DNA of 64,000 nt, taken from assembly GCA_964643405.1 (NCBI GenBank), contig CAZXQD010000005.1, positions 297 to 64,296 of the forward strand. Direction: 5' to 3'. Position numbers and translations under genes: made by a program. The notes beneath the pieces are model-generated. The model saw nothing but the letters and a program-made list of their open reading frames with translations, was not told the DNA's origin and made no database searches. Source of the DNA: an uncultured Hyphomonas sp. GTDB lineage: Bacteria; Pseudomonadota; Alphaproteobacteria; Caulobacterales; Hyphomonadaceae. Positions within the stretch are counted from its first letter, which is position 1. Each line of letters starts with the position of its first letter. This document shows positions 1-10,227 of this stretch, in pieces.

Positions 1-398
1 ACGTCGATACCCGGTCCGGCACCTTCGGTGTATTCGCCCTTCAGCAGGTGGGGCACCCCGCAGGCGAACTCCACCACATCAAGGCCGCGCTGGATGTCGC
101 CTTTCGAGTCGGCGATGACCTTGCCGTGTTCGGACGAGAGCAGGTGCGCGAGTTCGTTCATGTTGGCTTCGACGAGGCGCTTGAACTCGAACATGACCCG
201 GGCGCGGCGCTGCGGATTGGTGCTCGCCCATGCCGGAAGGGCGGCCTTTGCGGCGTCTACCGCGGCAGCCAGCTCGGCAGCCGTTGCCAGCGCGACCCGG
301 GCCTGAACCTCCCCCGTGTTGGGGTTGTAGATGTCGCTGAAGCGGCCGGATTTGCCTGCTACAGCCTTGCCGCCGATGAAATGATGCACCTCGCGCAT
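1..398 (-). CDS. mmsA: CoA-acylating methylmalonate-semialdehyde dehydrogenase, N-terminal part (runs off window start)
   Basis: Not in the ORF track. Manual translation from ATG 398: MREVHHFIGGKAVAGKSGRFSDIYNPNTGEVQARV...NPQRRARVMF...SSEHGKVIADSKGDIQRGLDVVEFACGVPHLLKGEYTEGAGPGIDV; AGGAG RBS upstream. Confidence 0.9.
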   Translation of the reverse strand, partial: MREVHHFIGGKAVAGKSGRFSDIYNPNTGEVQARVALATAAELAAAVDAAKAALPAWASTNPQRRARVMFEFKRLVEANMNELAHLLSSEHGKVIADSKGDIQRGLDVVEFACGVPHLLKGEYTEGAGPGID

Positions 399-668
399 GG
401 CGTGTCTCCTCATGTGTGGGCGCGTTATAGGCGCTGGCCCGCCGGAGATACATGGCCAATTTTGACCCGGCTTTTACGCCTGGCTCGAAGGACGCAGAAT
501 AGGGCTTGATTGCCTTTGCGGCAGGTTCCGGATCAAGAGTCGCAAGCGGCGACCGGAGCGCACGAAAAGTGCGCCCAATACAGACCGCCAAGGGAGGATA
601 GAGACCGGCGGCCTTTTGCGCCGGCAGGCAACATGGACGGCAATACCGAACTCCGTACCGAAAGCCCG

Positions 669-1805
669 ATGACAGCGCGCCAGCGCGCCGCCACCCTCCT
701 CGCTTCGCCTCTTTTCCGCCGGCGCGCTCTTTTCGCTTCCCTCGGCGTCCTGTTCGTGCTGGCCACGTGGTTCGTGATGGATCGCAATGCCTATGTCTCG
801 ACGGCGGATGCCCGGATCGCGGCAGACATGATCGCGGTCTCCACCGACATATCAGGCCGCATCACCAGCGTCACGGTCAGCGAAGGCGACCGCGTCAAGG
901 CGGGCGACGCCATCTACACCATCGACGACCGCGAAGCGGCCTATGCGCTCGCCCAGTTCCAGGCCGAGGCGAACCGGCTGCGGGCGGAGATAGCGCGGGA
1001 AGAAGCGCGGGCGGGCCTCGCCACGTCGAAGGCAGGCAGCCAGGTTGCCGCGCGGCAGGCGGGCACGCGGTCGGCCTCGGCCTCCGTCGAGGCGGCACGG
1101 TCGAACCTCGATACGGCCCGGCAGGAGCACGAGCGCACGAAGAACCTGTTCGAACAGGGTCGCATACCCAAGAGCACCTATGACCAGGCGAAGAACGCGC
1201 TAGACACAGCGGCGCAGGCCTTGCTGCGCGCGCAGGCCGAGCGCGAGACCGCCGCCGCCGAGCAGCGCACGGCCAGCATCACCGGACAGGAAGTGCGCCT
1301 GATCGACTATGACCTTTCCGTGCTTCAGGCCGAACTGGAGCGGGCGGAGGCCCGCGTGGATGCCCAGAAGGTGGTGCTGGAGCAGCACACGATTCGCGCG
1401 CCCATCGACGGCGTGATCGATGAGCTGTTCTATGACGCGGGCGAGCATTCGCTGCGCGGTTTCCGGATGGCGCTGATGCATGATCCGGAGGCGGTCTGGG
1501 TTTCGGCGAACATCAAGGAAACGGATATCCGCAGGGTCGCGCCCGGCGCCGCCGTGATGATACGGGCCGACAGCCATCCGTCCGTGCCCCTCAAGGGCAA
1601 GGTGACGCGTATCCGCGAGGCGACACTTTCGGAAGCGGCTATGATGCCGAACCCGAATGCCAACGGCGTGTTCACGAAGATCACCCAGCGCATCAAGATC
1701 CGCATCGACCTCGACCCCTCCGATGTGCACCTACGGACCGGGACGATGGTGACTGTTCGCATCCGCAAGTCGGATACCGATGCGGTCACCGCGACGGCAT
1801 CTTGA
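669..1805 (+). CDS. HlyD/EmrA-family membrane fusion protein
   Basis: N-terminal TM, VSTADARI, lipoyl-like GDRVKAGD, coiled coil, NANGVFTKITQRIKIRI; start uncertain (633 or 669). Confidence 0.88.
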   Translation: MTARQRAATLLASPLFRRRALFASLGVLFVLATWFVMDRNAYVSTADARIAADMIAVSTDISGRITSVTVSEGDRVKAGDAIYTIDDREAAYALAQFQAEANRLRAEIAREEARAGLATSKAGSQVAARQAGTRSASASVEAARSNLDTARQEHERTKNLFEQGRIPKSTYDQAKNALDTAAQALLRAQAERETAAAEQRTASITGQEVRLIDYDLSVLQAELERAEARVDAQKVVLEQHTIRAPIDGVIDELFYDAGEHSLRGFRMALMHDPEAVWVSANIKETDIRRVAPGAAVMIRADSHPSVPLKGKVTRIREATLSEAAMMPNPNANGVFTKITQRIKIRIDLDPSDVHLRTGTMVTVRIRKSDTDAVTATAS

Positions 1806-3445
1806 GCGGAACCGCCAGCCTGCCGCTGCCACCCGGCGCCGGGGCGCATACTCTGCCTACAGACATTCCGCCCAATGCAGGCCCGTCGATCCGCGAGCGG
1901 TTTGAACAGTTCGGGCCGCGGTACAGGTGGATCCTGCTGCTGACCATGCTGACGGGGTCGATGGCCACAATGCTGGCGGCGACGACGATCAACGTCGCCC
2001 TGCCCGCCATCATTGGCGCATTCGGTCTCGGACAGGACCAGGCGCAGTGGATGTCCACGGCGTTCCTTGCATCCTCGACACTGGCGATGCTCGCGAACGC
2101 CTGGGCGATGGCGACCTACGGGCCGCGGGCCACCTATGTTTTCGGCATGATCACCTTCATCATCGGTTCCCTGCTCGGCGCGGTCGCGGGTACGCTGGAA
2201 CTGCTGATCCTGTCCCGGGCTTTGCAGGGCGTTTCGGCGGGGCTGCTGCAGCCGATGTCGATGTTCCTGATTTTCCAGACATTTCCGGACCGGCAGCGGG
2301 GCACCGCGATGGGGTTGTTTTCCATCGGCGTGGTGCTCGCGCCCGCCTTCGGGCCGGCGCTCGGCGGCGTCGCTGTGGACCTTGCGAGCTGGCGGCTGGT
2401 GTTCGTCGCCACCCTGCCGCTGGCCATCGTGGCGCTCTGTCTTGCGCCGTTCCTGATGCCGAAGGGCGACCGGCAGGCAGAGCAGAAGAAGCCGCCGCTG
2501 GATTGGCAGGGCCTCTGCCTGCTGGCAGTAGCGGTGGTGGGAATGCTGTCCGCCTTCGCTGGCGGCAACCGGGACGGCTGGGACTCGGACAAGACGCTGA
2601 TCAAGGTGACCGTGTCCATTGCAGCGGCGATCGCATTCTATTTCTGGGAACGCCGGCATCCCTTTCCGGCATTGAACCCGGCGATCTTCAGGTATCGCCA
2701 GTTCTGGTCCGCCAGCATCATCATCGTGGCGACCGGGACGGCGATCTACGGATCGACTTACCTTATCCCGCTTTTCGTGCAGCTGGTGCAGGGATACTCG
2801 CCGACAGCGGCGGGCGTGATGATGATCCCGGCGGGGCTTGTGATGGTCGTGTGCTTTCCGCTCGCGGGACGGCTGACCGACAGGGTGGACCCGCGCTGGC
2901 TGCTGACGTTCGGCATCATCTGCTTTGCCGTGTCCGGCATGTTGCTCGCAGGGGTAACCGTGCTGACACCCTACTGGCTGCTGGTCAGCTGGATCATGCT
3001 GAGCCGGGTGGGGATAGCGTTCTGCATGCCGCCAGCGAACACGACTGCCGTGCGGGCCGTGCCGCTGAACCTGCTTGCCTCTGCCACCGGCGGGGTGTCG
3101 TTCCTCATGCAGGTGGGCGGGGCATTCGGCGTGAACCTGCTGGCCGTGCTGCTGCAACGCCGCACGATTTTCCACGGCGAACACCTTGCCGCGGAAATGA
3201 CAGAGTCCAATGCCGAGTTCCTGCACGAGCACGCGATGCAGGCGATGTCGATGGAGGCCGCCGGCAAGCCGCAGGTGACGGCCTTCACGGACGCCTTCCA
3301 AGCGATCGGCCAACAGGTATCGGCCCAGGCGACCGTGCTGGCCTTCCGCGATTGCTTCTTCGTTATAGCGTTGTGGTTCTGCTTAATCCTGTGCACGATG
3401 CTGCTGATGCCAAAGCCGAAGTTACAGATGCCGGCCGCTGCCTGA
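1802..3445 (+). CDS. DHA2 (EmrB/QacA) MFS efflux permease
   Basis: Multi-TM; TINVALPAI, RALQG, APAFGPALGG motifs; overlaps the upstream MFP stop. Confidence 0.9.
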   Translation: MSGTASLPLPPGAGAHTLPTDIPPNAGPSIRERFEQFGPRYRWILLLTMLTGSMATMLAATTINVALPAIIGAFGLGQDQAQWMSTAFLASSTLAMLANAWAMATYGPRATYVFGMITFIIGSLLGAVAGTLELLILSRALQGVSAGLLQPMSMFLIFQTFPDRQRGTAMGLFSIGVVLAPAFGPALGGVAVDLASWRLVFVATLPLAIVALCLAPFLMPKGDRQAEQKKPPLDWQGLCLLAVAVVGMLSAFAGGNRDGWDSDKTLIKVTVSIAAAIAFYFWERRHPFPALNPAIFRYRQFWSASIIIVATGTAIYGSTYLIPLFVQLVQGYSPTAAGVMMIPAGLVMVVCFPLAGRLTDRVDPRWLLTFGIICFAVSGMLLAGVTVLTPYWLLVSWIMLSRVGIAFCMPPANTTAVRAVPLNLLASATGGVSFLMQVGGAFGVNLLAVLLQRRTIFHGEHLAAEMTESNAEFLHEHAMQAMSMEAAGKPQVTAFTDAFQAIGQQVSAQATVLAFRDCFFVIALWFCLILCTMLLMPKPKLQMPAAA

Positions 3446-3497
3446 CAGGCGTGGGCATCGGCAAGATGCGGAGGCGGGACTTGGAGAGGACGGCGAC

Positions 3498-4925
3498 ATG
3501 AAGATTACCCGGCGACACATGCTGACCGGCGCGGCGGGCGTGGGCCTACTGGCCGGGGCAACCGGAGCCGCGAAACTCTACTGGGACGGAAAGTCCTTCG
3601 TGCGTGCGGACTATGTGGAAGGCGCGCCGGCCGCGCCGCCGGGCGAAGCCAGCTGGATGAACTGGGCAGGCACCGAACGCGCGACGCCGCAGAGAATCGT
3701 GTTTCCAGACTCCGTCGAGGCGCTTGCGGACACGGTGCGCACCGCCGCAGGACGGATTCGCCCCGTTGGCAGCGGCCATTCGTTCACGGGCCTCGCGACG
3801 ACCGAAGATACGCTTCTCATGGCGAACGGCCTCGCCGGCCTGATCAGCTATGATGCCGCCACAGGGGAAGCCAGGTTCGGTGCGGGCACGCCGCTGTTCC
3901 AGGTAAGCGAGGAGTTGGCTGCGCTCGGGCGCGCCTTCGACAACCAGCCGGATATCGATTCGCAAACCCTCGCAGGCGCCTTCGCAACCGCCACGCATGG
4001 CACAGGAAATGACCTGCCCGCCTTGCACGACAACATCACCGCCTTCCAGCTCGTGACCGCGGACGGCGCCGTGCGGGACGTGACGCGCGCATCTGACCCG
4101 GACCTGTTCGAGGCGGGCCGCGTATCGCTCGGCGCGCTGGGCGTAATGTCGGCCTTCACCTTGCGCAGCGTGCCGGCCTATCGGCTCAAGCGCACGGTAA
4201 CCGTGGAAGATTCAAAGACTTTCCTTGGCCGACTGGAACAGGCGGCAGCCGCGCATCGCAACTTCGAATTCTACTATTTCCCGCACACGGGCCTCGTGGC
4301 GAGCATCGTGCATGACCTGACCGATGAACCGCCTACGGAGGAAACCGCCACGGATGATGACGAGTTCCTGCAAGGCCTGAAGGCGCTGCGCGACCAACTC
4401 GGCTGGGCGCCTTGGCTTCGGCGGTCGATTGCGCGGTCGGAGTTTCCGCGCGGTGTGATAGAGGAACGCGTGAATGAGTCTCGCGTACTGTTGTCGACGG
4501 TGCGGCCGACGCGGTTCATCGAGATGGAATACCACCTGCCGCGCGAGCGGGGGCCGGAGATGGTCGAGCGCGTGATGCGCAAGCTTGACCAGCGCGGCGA
4601 CCTCTACTTCCCGATGGAATACCGCCACATCGCGCCGGATACGGCCTGGCTCAGCCCATTCAACGCGGGCCCGCGTGCCTCCATCGCGATCCACGCCGCG
4701 GCCGACGAGCGCTATGATTACTTCTTTGCGGATTTCGAGCCGATGTACCGCGAAGCGGGCGGCAGGCCGCACTGGGGCAAGCTGCATTCCCTCGGCCGGG
4801 CGGAACTGACGGAGCTGTATCCGCAGTTTGAGCGTTTCCTTTCGCTGCGCGCCGAACTCGATCCGCAGGGCAAGTTCCTGAACGCGCATCTGGGCAAACT
4901 GTTCGGAGTGAACTTTGATGCTTGA
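3498..4925 (+). CDS. FAD-linked oxidase, D-arabinono-1,4-lactone oxidase (ALO) family, Tat-type signal
   Basis: TRRHMLTG leader; NWAG, GSGHSF, ATATHGTG, EMEY, GGRPHWGK, LDPQGKFLN. Confidence 0.88.
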   Translation: MKITRRHMLTGAAGVGLLAGATGAAKLYWDGKSFVRADYVEGAPAAPPGEASWMNWAGTERATPQRIVFPDSVEALADTVRTAAGRIRPVGSGHSFTGLATTEDTLLMANGLAGLISYDAATGEARFGAGTPLFQVSEELAALGRAFDNQPDIDSQTLAGAFATATHGTGNDLPALHDNITAFQLVTADGAVRDVTRASDPDLFEAGRVSLGALGVMSAFTLRSVPAYRLKRTVTVEDSKTFLGRLEQAAAAHRNFEFYYFPHTGLVASIVHDLTDEPPTEETATDDDEFLQGLKALRDQLGWAPWLRRSIARSEFPRGVIEERVNESRVLLSTVRPTRFIEMEYHLPRERGPEMVERVMRKLDQRGDLYFPMEYRHIAPDTAWLSPFNAGPRASIAIHAAADERYDYFFADFEPMYREAGGRPHWGKLHSLGRAELTELYPQFERFLSLRAELDPQGKFLNAHLGKLFGVNFDA

Positions 4926-6198
4926 ACTATCGCGCCGCAACCTGATGATCGGTGGCGCAGGCCTTTTGGGAGCGGGACTTCTGATGAGCAAACCGGGCGA
5001 CGATAGCGGGCCGCGAGATCCCTACTTTGTCGAGATGCAGCGGGCCCTGACGGATGCGGGCATCGCCTCACCAACACTGGTCATCGACAAGGCACGGCTG
5101 GACGCGAACATTGATGCGCTGATGAGCCATTTGCCCAAGGGCATGGCCTACCGGATTGTTGCCAAGTCCCTTCCGTCGCTCGACCTGATTGCCCACATCC
5201 GTCAGCGCTCCGGCTCAAGCCGGCTGATGACATTCAACCAGCCCATGCTGACGGCGCTCAGCAAGGCCATGCCGGACGCCGACCAGCTGCTGGGCAAGCC
5301 CCTGCCCGTGGCTGCGGCGCGCAACTATTTTGCCTCGCTCGGGCCGGAAGGTGCGCCCGCTGCAGCGCGCGTACAGTGGCTGATCGACACGCCGGAGCGG
5401 CTTCGTCAGTACCGGGAGCTTGCCGCCGCGACGGGGCACACACTCCGGATCAACCTGGAGCTCGATGTGGGCCTGCATCGTGGGGGGCTTGAATCAGGCG
5501 ACACCCTGAAGGGCATGCTGGAGACGCTTCGGGATACGCCCGAACTGCAGTTTGCTGGGTTCATGGGCTACGAGCCCCACCTTGCGGCCCTGCCGGAAGC
5601 GATGGGCTGGCGGGAGCGGGCGAAATCCGGGGCGTGGCGCCGGTACGGTGAAGCGCTGGCGCTGGCGACAGAGGTGCTCGGCGCAGGCGCGCTTTCCGGC
5701 ATCGTGCGCAACGCAGCCGGCAGCCCGACCTATCGGTATTACCAGGATACGGACGTTGCCAACGAAATCTCGGCCGGTTCCTGCCTCGTGAAGCCGACGC
5801 ATTTCGATACGCCGTTGCTGGAGCCGCATCAGCCGGCCAGTTTCATCGCGACACCTGTCATCAAGTCACTCGCGCAAACACGTTTGCCGGGGCTGGAGTT
5901 TGCAGCAGACGGCCAGCGCGCCTGGGATCCCAATACTGCGCGCACGGTCTTCATCTATGGCGGCAACTGGCTGGCCGACCCGGTCGACCCGCCGGGACTG
6001 TCTTACAACAAGACCTTCGGCCGCTCCTCCAACCAGGAAATGCTGACCGGTGGCCACAACCTGTCGATCGCGCCAGACGAGTTTGTTTTCCTCCGCCCGC
6101 ACCAGAGCGAAGCGGTGTTCCTGCAGTTCGGGGACATAGCAGTCTACGAGGACGGCCGCATATCGCAGCGCTGGCCGGTTTTTGAAGCTTCGGCCTGA
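4918..6198 (+). CDS. DSD1/alanine-racemase-fold PLP-dependent enzyme with Tat-type signal
   Basis: SRRNLMIG leader; RIVAKSLPS (PLP Lys), LELDVGLHRGG, GFMGYEPH; overlaps the oxidase gene. Confidence 0.82.
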   Translation: MLELSRRNLMIGGAGLLGAGLLMSKPGDDSGPRDPYFVEMQRALTDAGIASPTLVIDKARLDANIDALMSHLPKGMAYRIVAKSLPSLDLIAHIRQRSGSSRLMTFNQPMLTALSKAMPDADQLLGKPLPVAAARNYFASLGPEGAPAAARVQWLIDTPERLRQYRELAAATGHTLRINLELDVGLHRGGLESGDTLKGMLETLRDTPELQFAGFMGYEPHLAALPEAMGWRERAKSGAWRRYGEALALATEVLGAGALSGIVRNAAGSPTYRYYQDTDVANEISAGSCLVKPTHFDTPLLEPHQPASFIATPVIKSLAQTRLPGLEFAADGQRAWDPNTARTVFIYGGNWLADPVDPPGLSYNKTFGRSSNQEMLTGGHNLSIAPDEFVFLRPHQSEAVFLQFGDIAVYEDGRISQRWPVFEASA

Positions 6199-6279
6199 GA
6201 GGCCACGTAGTTTCACGGATTGCCCGCTGATCGTGTCCGCAGAGAAATGCGGGCAACAGGACAGCGGCGCGAGGACAAC

Positions 6280-7410
6280 GTGGACGGATCATTCTTCACC
6301 AGCGCACCTTCCGCAACGGCAGACGCGGCCTTCCGATGTGAAGTCGACGCGTTCCTTGATTCAGCCCTTTCAGACGAGCTGCGCGCGGCTGGCCGCGCAA
6401 CCACGGGCCTGAAATCTGCGCCGGAGGCCTGCGCTGCTTGGAGCCGTATCCTCCGCGACAAAGGGTGGATGGCCCCCTCCTGGCCGGTGGAACACGGCGG
6501 CGCAGGCTGGACCACGGCGCAGCGACTCTATTTCGAGAATGCCTGCGCAGAGCGGGATGCACCAGTGGTGCAGTCTTCCGGCGTTCGCACGATTGGCCCA
6601 CTGATCATTGCCGAGGGGTCGCCGGCGCAGAAGTCGCGCTATCTCCGCGCCATCCTCGATGGCCGTCATGAATGGTGCCAGGGTTTTTCGGAGCCTCAGG
6701 CCGGATCTGACCTTTCCGCCTTGACGCTCCGCGCCGAACGGGACGGCGATGATTTCATCCTGACCGGGAGCAAATTGTGGACCAGCTTCGCACAGTACGC
6801 GACGCATATGTTCCTGTTGGCGCGGTGTGATCCGCGAAGTACTGGCGGCGACGGTCTGGTGTTCCTGCTTGTCGAAATGGACCGCCCCGGCATCGACGTT
6901 CGCCCCATACGGTTCATAGACGGCGAATACGAGACGAATGAAGTGTACTTCGACCGTGTACGGACACCTGCGGCCGATCGCATCGGCGCAATCGGGGAAG
7001 GATGGAAGACTGCCAAACGCCTGATGGCGATTGCTCGCTCGAACAATACGACGACCGGACAGTTGCGCCGGGCGCTGCGTGCGGCCTGGCGGGAATACCT
7101 TGCTGAAGGTCAGCCGGATACGGAGCTTTGCCGGAAGCTGTCCAGCCTTGCAGCACGCATCGACGAGTTTGAAGCGCTGGAACACCATGCCGCATCCGGA
7201 CGAGCCGGCATCAACGATGCCGCTTGTACCTCGATGCTGAAGCTTGCAGCGACGGAACTGCACCAGAAGATTACCGAGGCCGGACTAGAGGCTGCGCCCC
7301 ACAGCGCCTTTGCCCAGGCGAAGTACTTCGCCACGCGCGCCGCAACCATCTACTCGGGTACCAGCGAAGTGCACCGCAACATACTGGGCCGCGCGATCAC
7401 CGGCATTTGA
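6280..7410 (+). CDS. Acyl-CoA dehydrogenase family protein
   Basis: WPVEHGGAGW, WCQGFSEPQAGSDL, GSKLWTS, TIYSGTSEVHRNI; GTG start after GAGGA. Confidence 0.9.
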   Translation: MDGSFFTSAPSATADAAFRCEVDAFLDSALSDELRAAGRATTGLKSAPEACAAWSRILRDKGWMAPSWPVEHGGAGWTTAQRLYFENACAERDAPVVQSSGVRTIGPLIIAEGSPAQKSRYLRAILDGRHEWCQGFSEPQAGSDLSALTLRAERDGDDFILTGSKLWTSFAQYATHMFLLARCDPRSTGGDGLVFLLVEMDRPGIDVRPIRFIDGEYETNEVYFDRVRTPAADRIGAIGEGWKTAKRLMAIARSNNTTTGQLRRALRAAWREYLAEGQPDTELCRKLSSLAARIDEFEALEHHAASGRAGINDAACTSMLKLAATELHQKITEAGLEAAPHSAFAQAKYFATRAATIYSGTSEVHRNILGRAITGI

Positions 7411-7634
7411 CACTTCTCGCGGAGCAAGAAAATTTCTTGCGCCTGCGAAGGACGGATATCGCTGATTTCGAGGCGGACTGCACAAATATTTCTCATTTAT
7501 TCAATGCATTCCATCCGCCTTGCATATCTGTAAGTTTCCGGAAAGGGTGGTGACAGGCGCGCAACGTCAGATGACAACAGCGCCACCGGTCCAGAATTGG
7601 AATGTCCTGCCGGCGGCCTTCTGAAGAGGCCCGA

Positions 7635-8285
7635 ATGTACTATACCGCCCCTGCCAAACGCCGCTCCCGATACATAGGTTTTGCTGTCGTCGGCGTCCTG
7701 CATGTGGGCCTGATATGGGCCGCTGCGACCATGGTGCGCAGCCATGGCGGTCCGCTCATCCCGGACGTACTGACGACCGAGATCATCCAGGAGCTGCCAC
7801 CACCGCCGGAAGAACCGCCACCGCCTCCGCCGGAAGTCGACGTCGAGCTTGCACCCATGCCGGACATGGTCGTGCTGCCTGAGATCATATTCGATACGCC
7901 TGTGGACACTTCGATCCAGCAGATCACACAGGTGGAAACCGTTCCGGAAACGCGGCCCCAGCCGATCACGCCGAAAGCCGAGCCTGCTCCGCAGCCCCGG
8001 TCCGTCGTGCAGCCTTCCTTCCCTGAGCATCTCGAGAAGCCCGAGTACCCCCGGCGCTCCCGTCAGCTCAATGAGGAAGGCATCACGACGATGCGCGTAT
8101 GCGTCAACGCCAAGGGCCGCGTTTCCGATGCCACAATTGTCGAAAGCAGTGGCTGGGAACGCCTTGATGAAGCCGCGCTTGTCTGGGTCCGCGACCTGCG
8201 AGGCTTCAAGCCCAAGAAGGTCGACGGCAAGGCCGTGGACGGGGGCTGCATGATCCTGCCTCTCGAATGGAAGATCGAAAAATGA
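7635..8285 (+). CDS. tonB: Energy transducer TonB
   Basis: N-terminal TM with conserved His (VLHVG), Pro-rich linker, PEYPRRSRQLNEEG TonB_C domain. Confidence 0.88.
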   Translation: MYYTAPAKRRSRYIGFAVVGVLHVGLIWAAATMVRSHGGPLIPDVLTTEIIQELPPPPEEPPPPPPEVDVELAPMPDMVVLPEIIFDTPVDTSIQQITQVETVPETRPQPITPKAEPAPQPRSVVQPSFPEHLEKPEYPRRSRQLNEEGITTMRVCVNAKGRVSDATIVESSGWERLDEAALVWVRDLRGFKPKKVDGKAVDGGCMILPLEWKIEK

Positions 8286-8360
8286 TGCGTCTTCAATAGC
8301 TCCCACCTCGCTCTTCCTGATCACAATATCACTCAATCCGTACAGAGAGGAAAACTCAAA

Positions 8361-9269
8361 ATGAGTTTTGCACCCACTACAAAAACCCGTACTGCCCGCT
8401 TCGCCTTTGCTGCCGCCACCGCCCTTGCTTTCTGCGTCTTTGGCGCAGTTGCGCAGGAGCCCACCGACGAAGAAGCTCCGGCGGCTACCGAGCTGACGAC
8501 AGATATCGGCAGCGTCGACACGTCCATTCCGGGCCTGGAGCCCGCTGAAGCGGTTGTGGCAGAAGCAGTAGCTCAGGAGCCGGCTGGTGAAGAAGCCGCT
8601 GCCGAAGGCCATTCGGAAGCGTTCTCGATGCAGGCGCTCTGGACCGAAGGCGACATCGTGGCGCGCTCCACCCTGATCGCGATGATCATCATGTCGGTTG
8701 CCACCTGGTTCATCGTCACCACCAAATTCGTCGACCAGATGGCCCTCTCGCGCCAGGCACGCAAACTCCGCGACTTCTGGGAAGCCGACACGGTTGACGA
8801 CGGCCTCGCCAACCTCGGCAAGAACAACGCTTTCGCCGATATTGCCCACGCCGCCATGAGCGTGTCGCAGGATGGAGAGCGCGGTCTGCAGTCAAAGATC
8901 AGCTCTGCCAACCGTATGTCGCACCGGGTTGTGCAAGCGACTGAAGGCATCAACCACCGCCTCCTGAGCGGCATGGCTGTACTGGCGACCGTTGGTTCGA
9001 TCTCGCCTTTCGTCGGCCTCTTCGGAACGGTCTGGGGTATCGTGAACGCACTGATCGCTATCGGCGTCTCCGGTCAGGCATCGATCGACAAGGTCGCTGG
9101 CCCGGTAGGCGAAGCCCTCTACATGACGGCTATCGGCCTCTTCGTCGCTGTGCCCGCCGTGATTTTCTACAACCTGCTCGGCCGCCGCAACAAGGTGATC
9201 CAGGACGCGGCCCGTCACTTCGCTGTCGACCTCGAGCAACTCTTCACCCGCAATTCGGTCAAGGTCTGA
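8361..9269 (+). CDS. exbB: MotA/TolQ/ExbB proton channel with signal-like and acidic N-terminal extension
   Basis: LATVGSISPFVGLFGTVWGI, VAGPVGEALYMTAIGLFVAVPAV. Confidence 0.92.
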   Translation: MSFAPTTKTRTARFAFAAATALAFCVFGAVAQEPTDEEAPAATELTTDIGSVDTSIPGLEPAEAVVAEAVAQEPAGEEAAAEGHSEAFSMQALWTEGDIVARSTLIAMIIMSVATWFIVTTKFVDQMALSRQARKLRDFWEADTVDDGLANLGKNNAFADIAHAAMSVSQDGERGLQSKISSANRMSHRVVQATEGINHRLLSGMAVLATVGSISPFVGLFGTVWGIVNALIAIGVSGQASIDKVAGPVGEALYMTAIGLFVAVPAVIFYNLLGRRNKVIQDAARHFAVDLEQLFTRNSVKV

Positions 9270-9279
9270 GGAGGCCGAC

Positions 9280-9711
9280 ATGGATGTCAACCAGATGCTG
9301 GGTGGGAGCGAGGATGAATTCCCCACCAACTCTGCGATCAACACCACGCCGCTGGTCGACATCATGCTGGTGCTGCTGATCATCTTCCTGATCACGGTGC
9401 CGGTTGTGGTGGGAACGGTGAAAGTGGAGCTGCCGCCGGAAGCCAACATCCCGACACAGACGAAACCAGAGAACATCAACATTGCAGTTGATCGCGACGG
9501 AAACGTCTACTGGAACCAGATGCGGCTTGATGACGAAGAACACCTGATGACGCTCCTGCGCGCAGAAGCGACGAAGGTGCCCCAGCCGGAAGTCCACATT
9601 CGCGGCGACCTGAACACGCAATACGGCAATGTCGGCGAGGTCATCGAGTCCTGCCAGCGGGCCGGTATCGCCAAAGTGGGCTTCATCACTGAACCGGCTG
9701 GCCCTGCCTGA
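9280..9711 (+). CDS. exbD: ExbD/TolR biopolymer transport protein
   Basis: INTTPLVDIMLVLLIIF, IRGD motif. Confidence 0.92.
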   Translation: MDVNQMLGGSEDEFPTNSAINTTPLVDIMLVLLIIFLITVPVVVGTVKVELPPEANIPTQTKPENINIAVDRDGNVYWNQMRLDDEEHLMTLLRAEATKVPQPEVHIRGDLNTQYGNVGEVIESCQRAGIAKVGFITEPAGPA

Positions 9712-9771
9712 ACACCGGGTCTCAACCACGCCCAACCAACCAATCACGCCAAGTCACAGGAACGCGCACTC

Positions 9772-10191
9772 ATGGCCATGCAACTCGGCACCTCCGAAGA
9801 AGGCGATCCGATCTCGGAGATCAACTCGACCCCTCTGATCGACGTGATGCTGGTTTTGCTCATCATGCTGATCATCACGATCCCGCCTCAGACGCATGCC
9901 GTGAAGCTCGACATGCCTGTGAGCACGCCTGCTACGCCGACGACCCCGCCGCCAGATCCGATCAGCATTGACATCGACTTCGACGGCACAGTCAGCTGGA
10001 ACGGAATGGTGGTGGACGAGGCGGCACTGGACGCGAACCTCACGTCGCTTGCTGCCCTCCCCTTTGCAGCGCAACCAGAGTTGCACGTGCGTCCGCACAA
10101 GCGGGCGGACTATGGAAACGTCGTACACGTGATGGCTGCGGCGCAGCGGCACGGCGTGACCAAACTCGGCGTCATCGGCGGCGCGAACTGA
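9772..10191 (+). CDS. exbD: Second ExbD/TolR protein
   Basis: EINSTPLIDVMLVLLIMLII. Confidence 0.92.
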   Translation: MAMQLGTSEEGDPISEINSTPLIDVMLVLLIMLIITIPPQTHAVKLDMPVSTPATPTTPPPDPISIDIDFDGTVSWNGMVVDEAALDANLTSLAALPFAAQPELHVRPHKRADYGNVVHVMAAAQRHGVTKLGVIGGAN

Positions 10192-10227
10192 CGCCGGACC
10201 TAACTCACTTGAACAACGGAGCCCCCC

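Noticed and set aside
1430..3313. 627-aa minus-strand ORF, and similar long opposite-strand ORFs (7497-8849, 17847-19232, 29149-30507, 34839-36263)
   Set aside because: Antisense shadows of well-supported GC-rich genes, with no recognisable motifs.
3498..4925. ALO-family oxidase as the missing DprE1
   Set aside because: It has a Tat-type leader, is coupled to a PLP enzyme and lies about 30 kb from the UbiA cluster.
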